Shown piece after piece: positions 37,184 to 44,718 of a stretch of 64,000 nt of DNA. Each line of letters starts with the position of its first letter. The stretch's first letter is position 1. The stretch comes from Candidatus Azophilus sp. (GTDB lineage: Bacteria > Pseudomonadota > Gammaproteobacteria > Pseudomonadales > Azotimanducaceae). The DNA lies in the NCBI GenBank assembly GCA_965220835.1, contig OZ244842.1, positions 3,495,611 through 3,559,610 of the forward strand, given 5' to 3'. The notes beneath the pieces are model-generated. The model worked only from the letters and a program-made list of their open reading frames with translations. It was not told the DNA's origin and made no database searches. A program made the position numbers and the translations under genes.

Positions 37184-38922
37184 TTGAACCGGCCCGTTTC
37201 GGGTGGGTGGACGGCCAACCCTTTGCTCAGGACTTTGGCGACATCTATCATGCCCCGGACGGCGCTCGCGAGGTCCGCAACGTTTTCATGGCGCCTGCCG
37301 AGATCGAGCGCAAAGCGGCGCAGGCGAGCGCCCGGGGCTGGACGCTGCGGATCGGCGAGTTGGGATTTGGCACCGGTCTGAACTTCGCAGTGGCCGCCGC
37401 CGCTGCCCTCAGCGCCGGCTGCCGGCTGCATTTCATCAGCTTCGACCTGCGCCCCATCGCTGCCGCCGACTTCGCCGAACTCGCCCGCCGCCGCCGTGCG
37501 AGCTGGCCGATCTACGATGAGTTGAGTCGGGCCTATCCGCCCTTGCTGCCGGGTTGGCACCGCCGCGGCTTCGCTGAGGGCCGCATCGAGCTCTCACTCT
37601 ACTGGGGCGATGCTGGTGATGGCCTGAGCGACCTGGCGAAGCGGCAGCGCCAGCCCATTGACGCCTGGTTTTTGGACGGTTTCGCGCCAAACCGAAACCC
37701 GGCGATGTGGGCCGAGAGCTTGCTGCAGCAGTTGGCCAACCTGTCCACTGCCGGCACGTCCGTCGCCACCTTTTCCGCCGCCGGAGCGGTTCGGCGAAAT
37801 CTGGAAGCCTGCGGCTTCAGCATGCGGCGGGTGGATCAGCGCCCGCACAAGCGCGAGAGTTTGGCCGGCACTTTCGCCAAGCCAGGCCTTGGCCGCCAGC
37901 CGGTGGCGAAGCGGGTGGCCGTTGCTGGGGCGGGTGTGGCGGGCGCCAGCATCGCCCGTCATTTGGCCGATCGAGGCATAGCCGTGGACGTGTTCGACCC
38001 GGCCGCTTCCATAGCCTCCGCAGCCTCGGGCATCCCTGCCGCACTGCTGCATCCAAGACTGCTTGGCGACGGCAGCCCCAGCGCCGCGTGGCGCGCTCAT
38101 GCCTATGCCTACAGCCAAGCCTTTGTGCGGCGTTTTCCGGGCTTCCTCAAAAGCGGCGTGCTGCATGCTCAAGGGCCGAACCTCAATAGCGCCAAGGTGC
38201 GCCGCATTACTGCGGCCTATGCTGGCAGCGGATTGGTGAGCGCCTGGAGTGCCGAGGAGGCCAGCCAAGCCAGTGGCTGGCCCATCAATGGCGAAGCCTT
38301 GCTCTTTGCGGACGGTGGACTTGTGGAGCCCAAGGTGCTCGCCCGTGCTCTATTGGACCATCCGCTCATTACCGTTCAACTCGGGCGCCTTGCGCCAACC
38401 GGCTTGCGGCCGCTGACTTTGGCCTGCGCCGCCGCCGTGCGCCGTTGCGCAGCGGCTTCCTTTCTGGAGCTGGTGGAGGTGGCTGGGCAAATGGACATTG
38501 TGGCCCTGGCGGAACCGCCTCGCCTGCCAGTGGTCAGCGATGGCTATCTGGCGCCCTTCGGCTGGGGCGTGGCCGCCGGAGCTACCTTTGAGCATCGGCC
38601 TTGGCCCGTCGAAGACGCCACCGCCCACAATCTGCGCCAACTGAGCGGATGCCCCCATCGATGGCTGAGACGTTTCCGGGCCAACCGAGCCATCGCTTCC
38701 GATCGCACGCCCATCGTCGGCGAATTGGCCGAGGGCCTCACCGTCAGCACCGCCCACGGTGCGATGGGCATGACCACCGCGCCCTTCGCCGGCGCCATCG
38801 TCGCCAGCCGTGTGACCGGCGACTTCCCGCCGTTGGAGTGCGCCGTTGAAGCCCTTGTGGAGCCGTCCCGTTTCCGTCGCCGTCAAGCTCGGCGCGGCTA
38901 CCGGCTCGGCGCTTCGGCTTGA
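37180..38922 (+). CDS. mnmC: bifunctional tRNA mnm5s2U34 methyltransferase / FAD-dependent cmnm5s2U34 oxidoreductase
   Basis: ORF 37147..38922, with GTG 37180 overlapping the rhodanese stop (GTGA). N-terminal FGDIYH...LRIGELGFGTGLNF...DAWFLDGFAP. C-terminal FAD fold VAVAGAGVAGASIARHLADRG. Confidence 0.85.
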   Translation: MIEPARFGWVDGQPFAQDFGDIYHAPDGAREVRNVFMAPAEIERKAAQASARGWTLRIGELGFGTGLNFAVAAAAALSAGCRLHFISFDLRPIAAADFAELARRRRASWPIYDELSRAYPPLLPGWHRRGFAEGRIELSLYWGDAGDGLSDLAKRQRQPIDAWFLDGFAPNRNPAMWAESLLQQLANLSTAGTSVATFSAAGAVRRNLEACGFSMRRVDQRPHKRESLAGTFAKPGLGRQPVAKRVAVAGAGVAGASIARHLADRGIAVDVFDPAASIASAASGIPAALLHPRLLGDGSPSAAWRAHAYAYSQAFVRRFPGFLKSGVLHAQGPNLNSAKVRRITAAYAGSGLVSAWSAEEASQASGWPINGEALLFADGGLVEPKVLARALLDHPLITVQLGRLAPTGLRPLTLACAAAVRRCAAASFLELVEVAGQMDIVALAEPPRLPVVSDGYLAPFGWGVAAGATFEHRPWPVEDATAHNLRQLSGCPHRWLRRFRANRAIASDRTPIVGELAEGLTVSTAHGAMGMTTAPFAGAIVASRVTGDFPPLECAVEALVEPSRFRRRQARRGYRLGASA

Positions 38923-38931
38923 TTTGGGCGG

Positions 38932-40119
38932 TCAGGCAGCGGCGTTGCCGTTGAGAACGCGGACGTTGATGACGCTGTCGATGGCGGCGAGCTCGCCAAG
39001 CAGCGCATTGTCCGGAGCCGCTTCGATGTCGAGCAGGTTGTAGGCAACGTCGCCAAGGCTCTTGTTGAGCATGTCGATGATGTTGATGTCGTGCTTGGCG
39101 AGCACTGAGGTCATCTGGCCGAGCATGCCAGCCACGTTGCGGTTGGTAATGGCCAGGCGATGCCCGCCCGAGGGCTCTAGGGCCACCGCCGGAAAGTTGA
39201 CCGAGTTGACGATGTTGCCCGTCTCCAGAAAGTCGATGAGCTGGTTGGCCGCCATGACCGCGCAGTTCTCCTCCGCCTCCGCCGTGCTGGCCCCTAGGTG
39301 GGGGGTGAGGCGAACGTTGGGGCGGCCGATCAGCCCTGGCACCGGGAAGTCCGCCACATAGCTGGCGAGGCGCCCGTCGTCCAGCGCACGGGTCAGCGCC
39401 TGCAGGTCCACGACCGGCTCCCGAGCGAAGTTGAGCAGCACGCTGCCGGGGCGGAACGAGCGCAGTGCCTCCTCGCTGATGAGGCCCTCAGTCTCCGGCA
39501 GCAACGGCATGTGCAGGGTCACGAAGTCGCAGCGGGCGAACAGGCTGGGCAGGTTCTCCATTCGCCGCACCTCGCTGGGCAGCCGCCACGCGGCGTCCAC
39601 CGAGATGGAGGGGTCGTAGCCGAGGACGTCCATGCCCAAGTCCAGCGCGGCACGGGCCACCAAGGAGCCGATGGCCCCAAGGCCCACGACGCCCAGCGAC
39701 TTGCCCCTCAGCTCGCGGCCCTTGAAGCGCTTCTTCTCCGCCTCGACTAAGGCGTTCAGTTCCGCAGCATCGGTAACGCCGTCGAGGGTGGCGACGAAGT
39801 CCACCCCGCCAACCACGTCCCGGGAACTGATGAAAAGCGCTGCCAGCACCAACTCCTTCACCGAGTTGGCGTTGGCGCCCGGCGTGTTGAACACCACCAC
39901 CCCTTGCCGGGTGCAGTGCGCCACGGGCACGTTGTTGACGCCGGCCCCAGCCCGGGCGATGGCGCGCAGGCGGTCGTGGATGTCGTCCTCGCCGAGCTTG
40001 TGGCTGCGCAGCAGTATGGCATCCGGGTCCGCAATTTCGGTACCCAGTTCATAGCGCTGCCGCGGAAAGCGCTCTAGACCACGAACGGCGATCTGATTGT
40101 AGGTGCGAATCTTGTACAT
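38932..40119 (-). CDS. serA: D-3-phosphoglycerate dehydrogenase with C-terminal ACT domain
   Basis: ORF 38932..40173, with ATG 40119 (MYKIRTYNQIA). NAD motif LGVVGLGAIGSLVARAA, then TPHLGASTAEAEE, and an ACT-like HRLAITNRNVAGMLGQMTSVLA. Confidence 0.85.
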   Translation of the reverse strand: MYKIRTYNQIAVRGLERFPRQRYELGTEIADPDAILLRSHKLGEDDIHDRLRAIARAGAGVNNVPVAHCTRQGVVVFNTPGANANSVKELVLAALFISSRDVVGGVDFVATLDGVTDAAELNALVEAEKKRFKGRELRGKSLGVVGLGAIGSLVARAALDLGMDVLGYDPSISVDAAWRLPSEVRRMENLPSLFARCDFVTLHMPLLPETEGLISEEALRSFRPGSVLLNFAREPVVDLQALTRALDDGRLASYVADFPVPGLIGRPNVRLTPHLGASTAEAEENCAVMAANQLIDFLETGNIVNSVNFPAVALEPSGGHRLAITNRNVAGMLGQMTSVLAKHDINIIDMLNKSLGDVAYNLLDIEAAPDNALLGELAAIDSVINVRVLNGNAAA

Positions 40120-40138
40120 GCTGATGGTCGAACGCCCC

Positions 40139-40921
40139 TCATTCGCCTGTGAAGTTGGCGGTGCGCTTCTCAAGGAACGCTGACACCCCTTCCTTGAAAT
40201 CCGCAGATGCGCCAGCTAGGTTTTGCAGGCGAGCCTCCAGATCAAGCTGCTGCTCGTAGGAATTGTGCCAAGTGTTCCAGTAGGCCTGACGTATCAGGCC
40301 CAATGAGCGCGGGCCATCGGCGAGTTGGCGGGCCAGGGCGACGGCGCCCTCCATGAGCGCGTTGTTGTCGTCAAACAGCCTGTTCACCATGCCCCACTCG
40401 TGGGCCTTCTCGGCGGGCAGCCGCTCCGCCAGAAGCGACAGCTCCACAGCCCGGCCCCAGCCGATCAGGCGGGGCAGCATGAAGGTGGAGCCGCCGTCCG
40501 GCACAAGGCCGATGCGGGCGAAGGCCTGCAGGAAGTAGGCCCCCTTCTGAGCGCAGACGATGTCGCCGATCAGCGCGAAGCTCATGCCCACACCGGCCGC
40601 CGGGCCGTTGACCGCGGTGACGATGGGCATGTCGAGATCCCGCAAACCCAGCAGCAAGGGATGGTAGCCGCCGCGCAGGCCATCGCCGGCGCCGCCGCGG
40701 CGTTCGTTGCGGCCCTCATCCTGCAGATTGGCCCCGGCGCAGAACGCCCGGCCTTGGCCAGTCAGCAACAGGCAGCGGGCGCCGTTGGCGGGATCCTTCA
40801 CCCGGTGGAAGGCTTCTTGAAAGTCGGCCAGCATCTGCGCGCCGACGGCGTTGAGCACCTCGGGATGATTGAATTTCAGGACGGCCACCTTGCCGTCGAA
40901 GTCCAGCGACATGCGTTCCAT
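40139..40921 (-). CDS. enoyl-CoA hydratase/isomerase family
   Basis: 260 aa. LKFNHPEVLNAV, LLTGQGRAFCAGANL, PIVTAVNGPAAGVGMSFALIGDIV. Its stop is 20 nt before the serA start. Confidence 0.85.
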   Translation of the reverse strand: MERMSLDFDGKVAVLKFNHPEVLNAVGAQMLADFQEAFHRVKDPANGARCLLLTGQGRAFCAGANLQDEGRNERRGGAGDGLRGGYHPLLLGLRDLDMPIVTAVNGPAAGVGMSFALIGDIVCAQKGAYFLQAFARIGLVPDGGSTFMLPRLIGWGRAVELSLLAERLPAEKAHEWGMVNRLFDDNNALMEGAVALARQLADGPRSLGLIRQAYWNTWHNSYEQQLDLEARLQNLAGASADFKEGVSAFLEKRTANFTGE

Positions 40922-41087
40922 GTTCAGGCTCCCAAAAAGCCGGTAACCTTAACGCATCTGCCCAACGCTTTGTATTGGTGTGCGCCCGCGTCCAGTAATT
41001 CTCAATGTGGCTTTTTCGTTACGTCAGACTACGCCCCCGCTCCGACAAAGTGAGAACTGCTGTATCCGAGTCGCGGGTGCGTTGGGC

Positions 41088-41105
41088 GTTTCGCTGACGC
41101 GAAAC
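41088..41105. repeat. REP-like palindrome GTTTCGC-TGAC-GCGAAAC
   Basis: Read directly. The arms match hairpin H3 (GAGTTTCG-CTGGCG-CGAAACTC) of the 48.5-kb element. Confidence 0.65.
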
Positions 41106-41174
41106 CCGGCACTTGCTATTGCTGGGAGTGAATTCTCATAGGTTTCTGAACTTGGAAAGACCACTCTTCGCCGG

Positions 41175-42083
41175 ATGAAACGCAAGGGCGAAAACGGGCG
41201 CTCACTTTCGGCCGCCCTCAATGGTGGCGAGCGCCGCAGTCAAGCGCTGTTGGGACGCGCCTTCGTCCTGATCGCGGGCTTCGCCGTGGTGGAGATCGTT
41301 GGCGGCATCCTGAGCAACTCGCTGACGCTGCTAGCGGACGCCGGCCACATGGTTCTCGACGCTGCTGCGCTGGGCTTGGCTTGGGGCGCACTGTGGCTGT
41401 CCAAGCGGCCCGCCACGGCGAGCCTGACCTACGGGCACCATCGCGTGCAGGTCATGGCAGCGTTTCTTAACGGCTTGGCGCTTGCCTTGCTGGTGCTGTG
41501 GATTCTCAAGGAAGCCGTCGAGCGCCTTATGGCGCCCCAGCCGATGGCCCCCCTGACCGCGCTGGGCGTTGCGACAATTGGCCTGATCGTAAATCTGATC
41601 GCCTACCGCTGGCTCGCGCATAGCCACGATAGCGTCAATGTGCAGGCCGCCGCGCTGCACGTTCTCGGCGACCTGCTCGGCAGCCTGGCGGCGATCACGG
41701 CGGCCCTGACCGTCCATTTCACTGGCTGGGCTCGCGTGGATCCATTGCTTGCGCTGCTGGTCGCCGCGATTCTCACCCGAGGCACTTGGCGGGTGCTGAA
41801 GGCGTCGAGCCACCTGCTGTTGCAGGGCGCTCCGAACGCGGTCAGCATCGTCGATCTGCGCACCGCACTGACGGCGACGCCAGGCGTCATCGATGTGCAC
41901 GATCTTCATGTTTGGGGCCTCACCGCAGAGCGGCCTGTTGCCACGCTCCACGCGCGCATCGCTGACGGCGCCGACCGCCACAGCGTCACCGCAGCGCTCA
42001 AGAAGGCGCTGCGTGAAGGCTTCGGCGTGGCACACTCCACCATTCAGCTCGAACGCGGTGAGTGCCCGGACAGAGTTGCTTGA
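41175..42083 (+). CDS. cation diffusion facilitator (CzcD/ZitB-type) divalent-metal efflux protein
   Basis: 302 aa. LLADAGHMVLDAAALG, HVLGDLLGSLAAI, and a C-terminal cytoplasmic domain VIDVHDLHVWGL. Confidence 0.9.
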   Translation: MKRKGENGRSLSAALNGGERRSQALLGRAFVLIAGFAVVEIVGGILSNSLTLLADAGHMVLDAAALGLAWGALWLSKRPATASLTYGHHRVQVMAAFLNGLALALLVLWILKEAVERLMAPQPMAPLTALGVATIGLIVNLIAYRWLAHSHDSVNVQAAALHVLGDLLGSLAAITAALTVHFTGWARVDPLLALLVAAILTRGTWRVLKASSHLLLQGAPNAVSIVDLRTALTATPGVIDVHDLHVWGLTAERPVATLHARIADGADRHSVTAALKKALREGFGVAHSTIQLERGECPDRVA

Positions 42084-42089
42084 AAGCAA

Positions 42090-42335
42090 GGGGCGACCCC
42101 CTCGCGAAGCGAGGGGCACTCGCCTGCTCCCCGGCTGAGGGCTGTTTCCTGCGAGGGGCGAACCCCACACGCTCCCCGGCTGAGGGCTCTTTCTTGCGAG
42201 GGGCGAACCCCACACGCTCCCCGGCTGAGGGCTCTTTCTTGCGAGGGGTTGCCCCCTCGCGCTCCCCGGCTGAGGGCTCTTTCTCGCGAGGGGTTGCCCC
42301 CTCGCGCTCCCCGGCTGAAGGCTCTTTCTCGCGAG
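42090..42335. repeat. palindromic tandem array 1: head element plus 4 x 45-bp units
   Basis: The head contains CCCCTCGC-GAA-GCGAGGGG (42098-42116). Units start at 42151, 42196, 42241 and 42286 (GCGAGGGG-N4-CCCC(TCGC/ACAC)-GCTCCCCGGCTGAGGGCTCTTTCTT). The array begins 7 nt after the CDF stop. Confidence 0.9.
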
Positions 42336-42391
42336 CTTCCGCTCCGATGCGCCGAGCCGCTGACGCGCAGGAACTAAGAGGCTCACTGGGA

Positions 42392-42506
42392 GAGAACCGG
42401 CATGCGGTGCGCGCATCCGGCGCTGTTAAGGCTCGTGCCTGCGCGTATCGTCGCGGTAAGCGCCTCCGCCTGGCGCGCCGGATGCGCGCACCTCATGCCG
42501 GTTCTC
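42392..42506. repeat. long inverted repeat: 31-bp arms, 53-nt loop
   Basis: The left arm GAGAACCGGCATGCGGTGCGCGCATCCGGCG (42392-42422) pairs with the right arm at 42476-42506 with one mismatch. Confidence 0.85.
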
Positions 42507-42583
42507 GGCGCCGGATCGAAGGAACGATTCCCCCCGAAAGTGAGTGGCTCAAAATCAACAACTTGAAGACCCGTTCCGTGGAA

Positions 42584-42828
42584 GGGGTGGACCCCCTCGC
42601 TAAGCGAGGGGCACTCGCCTGCTCCTCGGCTGAGGGCTCTTTCCTGCGAGGGGCGGACCCCTCGCGCTCCCCAAGCTGAAGGCTCTTTCTTGCGAGGGGT
42701 TGCCCCCTCGCGCTCCCCGGCTGAGGGCTCTTTCTTGCGAGGGGTTGCCCCCTCGCGCTCCCCAAGCTGAAGGCTCTTTCTTGCGAGGGGCGGACCCCTC
42801 GCGCACCCCAAGCTGAGGGCTCTAACCC
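42584..42828. repeat. palindromic tandem array 2: same head element plus 4 x 45/46-bp units
   Basis: The head at 42584-42645 is nearly identical to the array 1 head. Units start at 42646, 42692, 42737 and 42783. The last unit overlaps the MFS stop codon (42822-42824). Confidence 0.9.
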
Positions 42829-44063
42829 GCGGCGTTCGTCGGGAGACCGCGTACGCTGAAGATGAGCGGCACGATGAGGCCGATGAAAATGCTCAGGCTC
42901 AGTGCGGCCAGCATGAGCAGCGTTGTGCCCAAGCCCCAGAGGTCGAAGGCCAGCCCCACCAGTGGCCCAGTCGCGACGAAGAGGCCGCGAAAGCCGAAGC
43001 TGGCCAGCGAGTTGGCCGTGGCGCGGAATTCGCTCGGCACCCGGCTGTTCAGCGCGTCGGTGAGGATCACGGTGCCGAGGCCGCGGGCGATGAAAAACGC
43101 CGAGGCGGCCAACAGACCGCCCACGACACCCAATCGGTGAAACCCCAGATAGCCCAGCGCCGGCAGCAGGCCCATGATCGCCAAAACCCCGGTCGGACCG
43201 ATGCGTTCCTCAAGATGGTGGGTCCAACGCCCCGCCACCGCGCTCAAGGCGCACAGGGCCGCCCAGAGGTAGCCAAAGTGCGCCAAGCCGAGGCCTTGCT
43301 GCTCCCACAGCTTGGGCAGCAGCCACACGGCGTAGAAGGTGGTCAGGCTCCAGATGCAAAGCGCCAGGAACACCAGCCGCAACACCAAGTCGCCGCGCAG
43401 CAGGTGGCGCGTGATGCGGGCCATGTTGGCCCAGTGGCCTTCGGCGGACAGTCTTGCCGCCGGTGGCTCGTGCAGGCGCAGGGCGAACGCCAAGGGCAGC
43501 CAGCCGACCAGCACTTGGACGGCGACCACGCCGCCGAGGGTGCCCCACACCAGCAGCAACGAGCAGGCGACGCCCGCCATGGCTTCGGACAGGGTGCGCA
43601 CCGCGTAGAGCTTGCCCACCACTTGCCGTTGTCGCCGGTCGCTGCTGCCCCGGGCCAGTTCGGTGTCGTAGAGCAGGGCCAGATCGGCGCCGGAAGTCAG
43701 GCTGAAGCTGATCGCCAGGGCAGTCTCGAACAGCGCCAGGGTCCAGAAACCATCGGCGATCGCCAGCAAGCTGTAGCCGACACCCGCAAACGCAGTGCCC
43801 AGGATCAGGCAGCGGCGCCGGCCAATCAAGTCGGCCAGGTACCCGGACGGCGCCTCGGTGACCATGACCACGAAGGCGAACAGCGCCTGCAGGGTGAAGA
43901 CCTGCTGCATGGACAGCCCCTTGCTCTGAAAGAAGGGCACGGCCACCGGCATGATCACCAGGAACGCCTTGAAGAACCCCAGCCACAGCGTGCGGCCCAC
44001 ATTGGCCTTCAGCCGTGCTGCATCGCGTTCCATCGTTTCTGCATGCAACCTGTTCACACTCAC
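42822..44063 (-). CDS. MFS transporter
   Basis: 413 aa with 12 predicted hydrophobic segments. MFS loop GYLADLIGRRRCL. GTG start at 44063, ATG alternative at 44033. Confidence 0.85.
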   Translation of the reverse strand: MSVNRLHAETMERDAARLKANVGRTLWLGFFKAFLVIMPVAVPFFQSKGLSMQQVFTLQALFAFVVMVTEAPSGYLADLIGRRRCLILGTAFAGVGYSLLAIADGFWTLALFETALAISFSLTSGADLALLYDTELARGSSDRRQRQVVGKLYAVRTLSEAMAGVACSLLLVWGTLGGVVAVQVLVGWLPLAFALRLHEPPAARLSAEGHWANMARITRHLLRGDLVLRLVFLALCIWSLTTFYAVWLLPKLWEQQGLGLAHFGYLWAALCALSAVAGRWTHHLEERIGPTGVLAIMGLLPALGYLGFHRLGVVGGLLAASAFFIARGLGTVILTDALNSRVPSEFRATANSLASFGFRGLFVATGPLVGLAFDLWGLGTTLLMLAALSLSIFIGLIVPLIFSVRGLPTNAAG

Positions 44064-44154
44064 ATCCTTCGCAATTCAAACCGCTTGTTGTTCAACAACC
44101 TTCGGTATTGGCAACTTTCCAGACTGGACGCCTAGAAAAAGATGTCCGGAAAAT

Positions 44155-44360
44155 GGCTGCCCGGAGAAGTTGCCCAAAAGGAGCTGCCCAAAAGGAGCTG
44201 CCCAAATGGGGCTGCCCAAAAGGGGCTGCCCAAAACCCAAGAGGAGCTGCCCAAAAACCAAATAGAGCTGCCCAAAACCCACAAGAGCTGCCCAAAACCC
44301 ACAAGAGCTGCCCAAACCCCAAGTGAGCTGCCCAAACCCCAAATGAGCTGCCCAAAAAAG
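44155..44360. repeat. 12-copy direct-repeat array with core (G)AGCTGCCCAAA
   Basis: CTGCCC (TTGCCC in copy 2) starts at 44157, 44170, 44184, 44198, 44212, 44226, 44247, 44268, 44288, 44308, 44328 and 44348. Spacing is 13-14 bp for the first 5 intervals, then 20-21 bp. Confidence 0.9.
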
Positions 44361-44392
44361 AAAAACCCCGAAGGCCTTAGGGCGCTTCGGGG
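44354..44392 (-). terminator. intrinsic (Rho-independent) terminator on the minus strand
   Basis: On the minus strand, CCCCGAAG (comp 44385-44392) and CTTCGGGG (comp 44366-44373) form the stem with an 11-nt loop. TTTTTCTTTTTT follows (comp 44354-44365). Confidence 0.7.
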
Positions 44393-44577
44393 TCTTTCGA
44401 ATCAACGGAAGGGCTTCCCAACGGGGTCACCCTCCGACGCTGCGCGCACTATCCATGCACCCCCGCCGCCTTTGGCACGGTCACGTCCACTCGCCCGCTC
44501 GTGGCGTGCGGAAAGACCCGGCAATTTCGGGAAATCGGCTTCATGGCAGCGGCAATGTCCTTTGCTGACGTCAAGGG
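44354..44577 (-). ncRNA. candidate orphan small RNA or cis-regulatory leader (about 220 nt), family unknown
   Basis: Bounded by the promoter-like element at 44584-44612 and the terminator at 44354-44392. There is no ORF with a Shine-Dalgarno sequence inside. Internal hairpins include CGGAGGG...CCCUUCCG. No known RNA family recognised. Confidence 0.3.
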
Positions 44578-44583
44578 CGGCGC

Positions 44584-44612
44584 ACCATACGCAGGCTGAG
44601 ACCCTGTGTCAA
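44584..44612 (-). promoter_or_regulatory. candidate sigma70 promoter (TTGACA-17 bp-TATGGT) on the minus strand
   Basis: The -35 element TTGACA is the complement of 44607-44612. The spacer is exactly 17 nt. The -10 element TATGGT is the complement of 44584-44589. Confidence 0.45.
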
Positions 44613-44718
44613 TCAAAAGCGCGCGGAAGTGTTGGCAACAAATGGACTTGCCCGCTTTTGGAACAAATGAACTGTCCGCTTTCACGGTCCGGGTTCCACC
44701 CCTGTCCCTCGGCCCGCA

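Noticed and set aside
41331-42811. Repeat-peptide ORFs across the arrays (42062..42679 +, 41331..42416 -, 42383..42811 -, 42493..42765 -)
   Set aside because: They are open only because the repeat unit is 45 bp (15 codons) and GC-rich. Several frames on both strands are open at once, they overlap the real CDF gene, and they lack ribosome-binding sites.
42090-42828. CRISPR array
   Set aside because: The whole 45-bp period repeats: both the palindrome and the 25-bp segment that would have to be the spacer are conserved. There are therefore no unique spacers. There is also no leader and no cas genes in the window.
44155-44360. Iterons of a replication origin
   Set aside because: There is no rep/initiator gene, no DnaA boxes (TTATCCACA-like) and no A/T-rich unwinding element nearby, and the context is chromosomal housekeeping.
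44393-44718. Known housekeeping RNA (tmRNA, RNase P RNA, 6S, SRP RNA) in the long gap after dyp
   Set aside because: I looked on both strands for the tRNA-like 3' end and tag ORF of tmRNA, for GAGGAAAGUCCGGGC of RNase P RNA, and for the SRP GGAA loop region. I found none.
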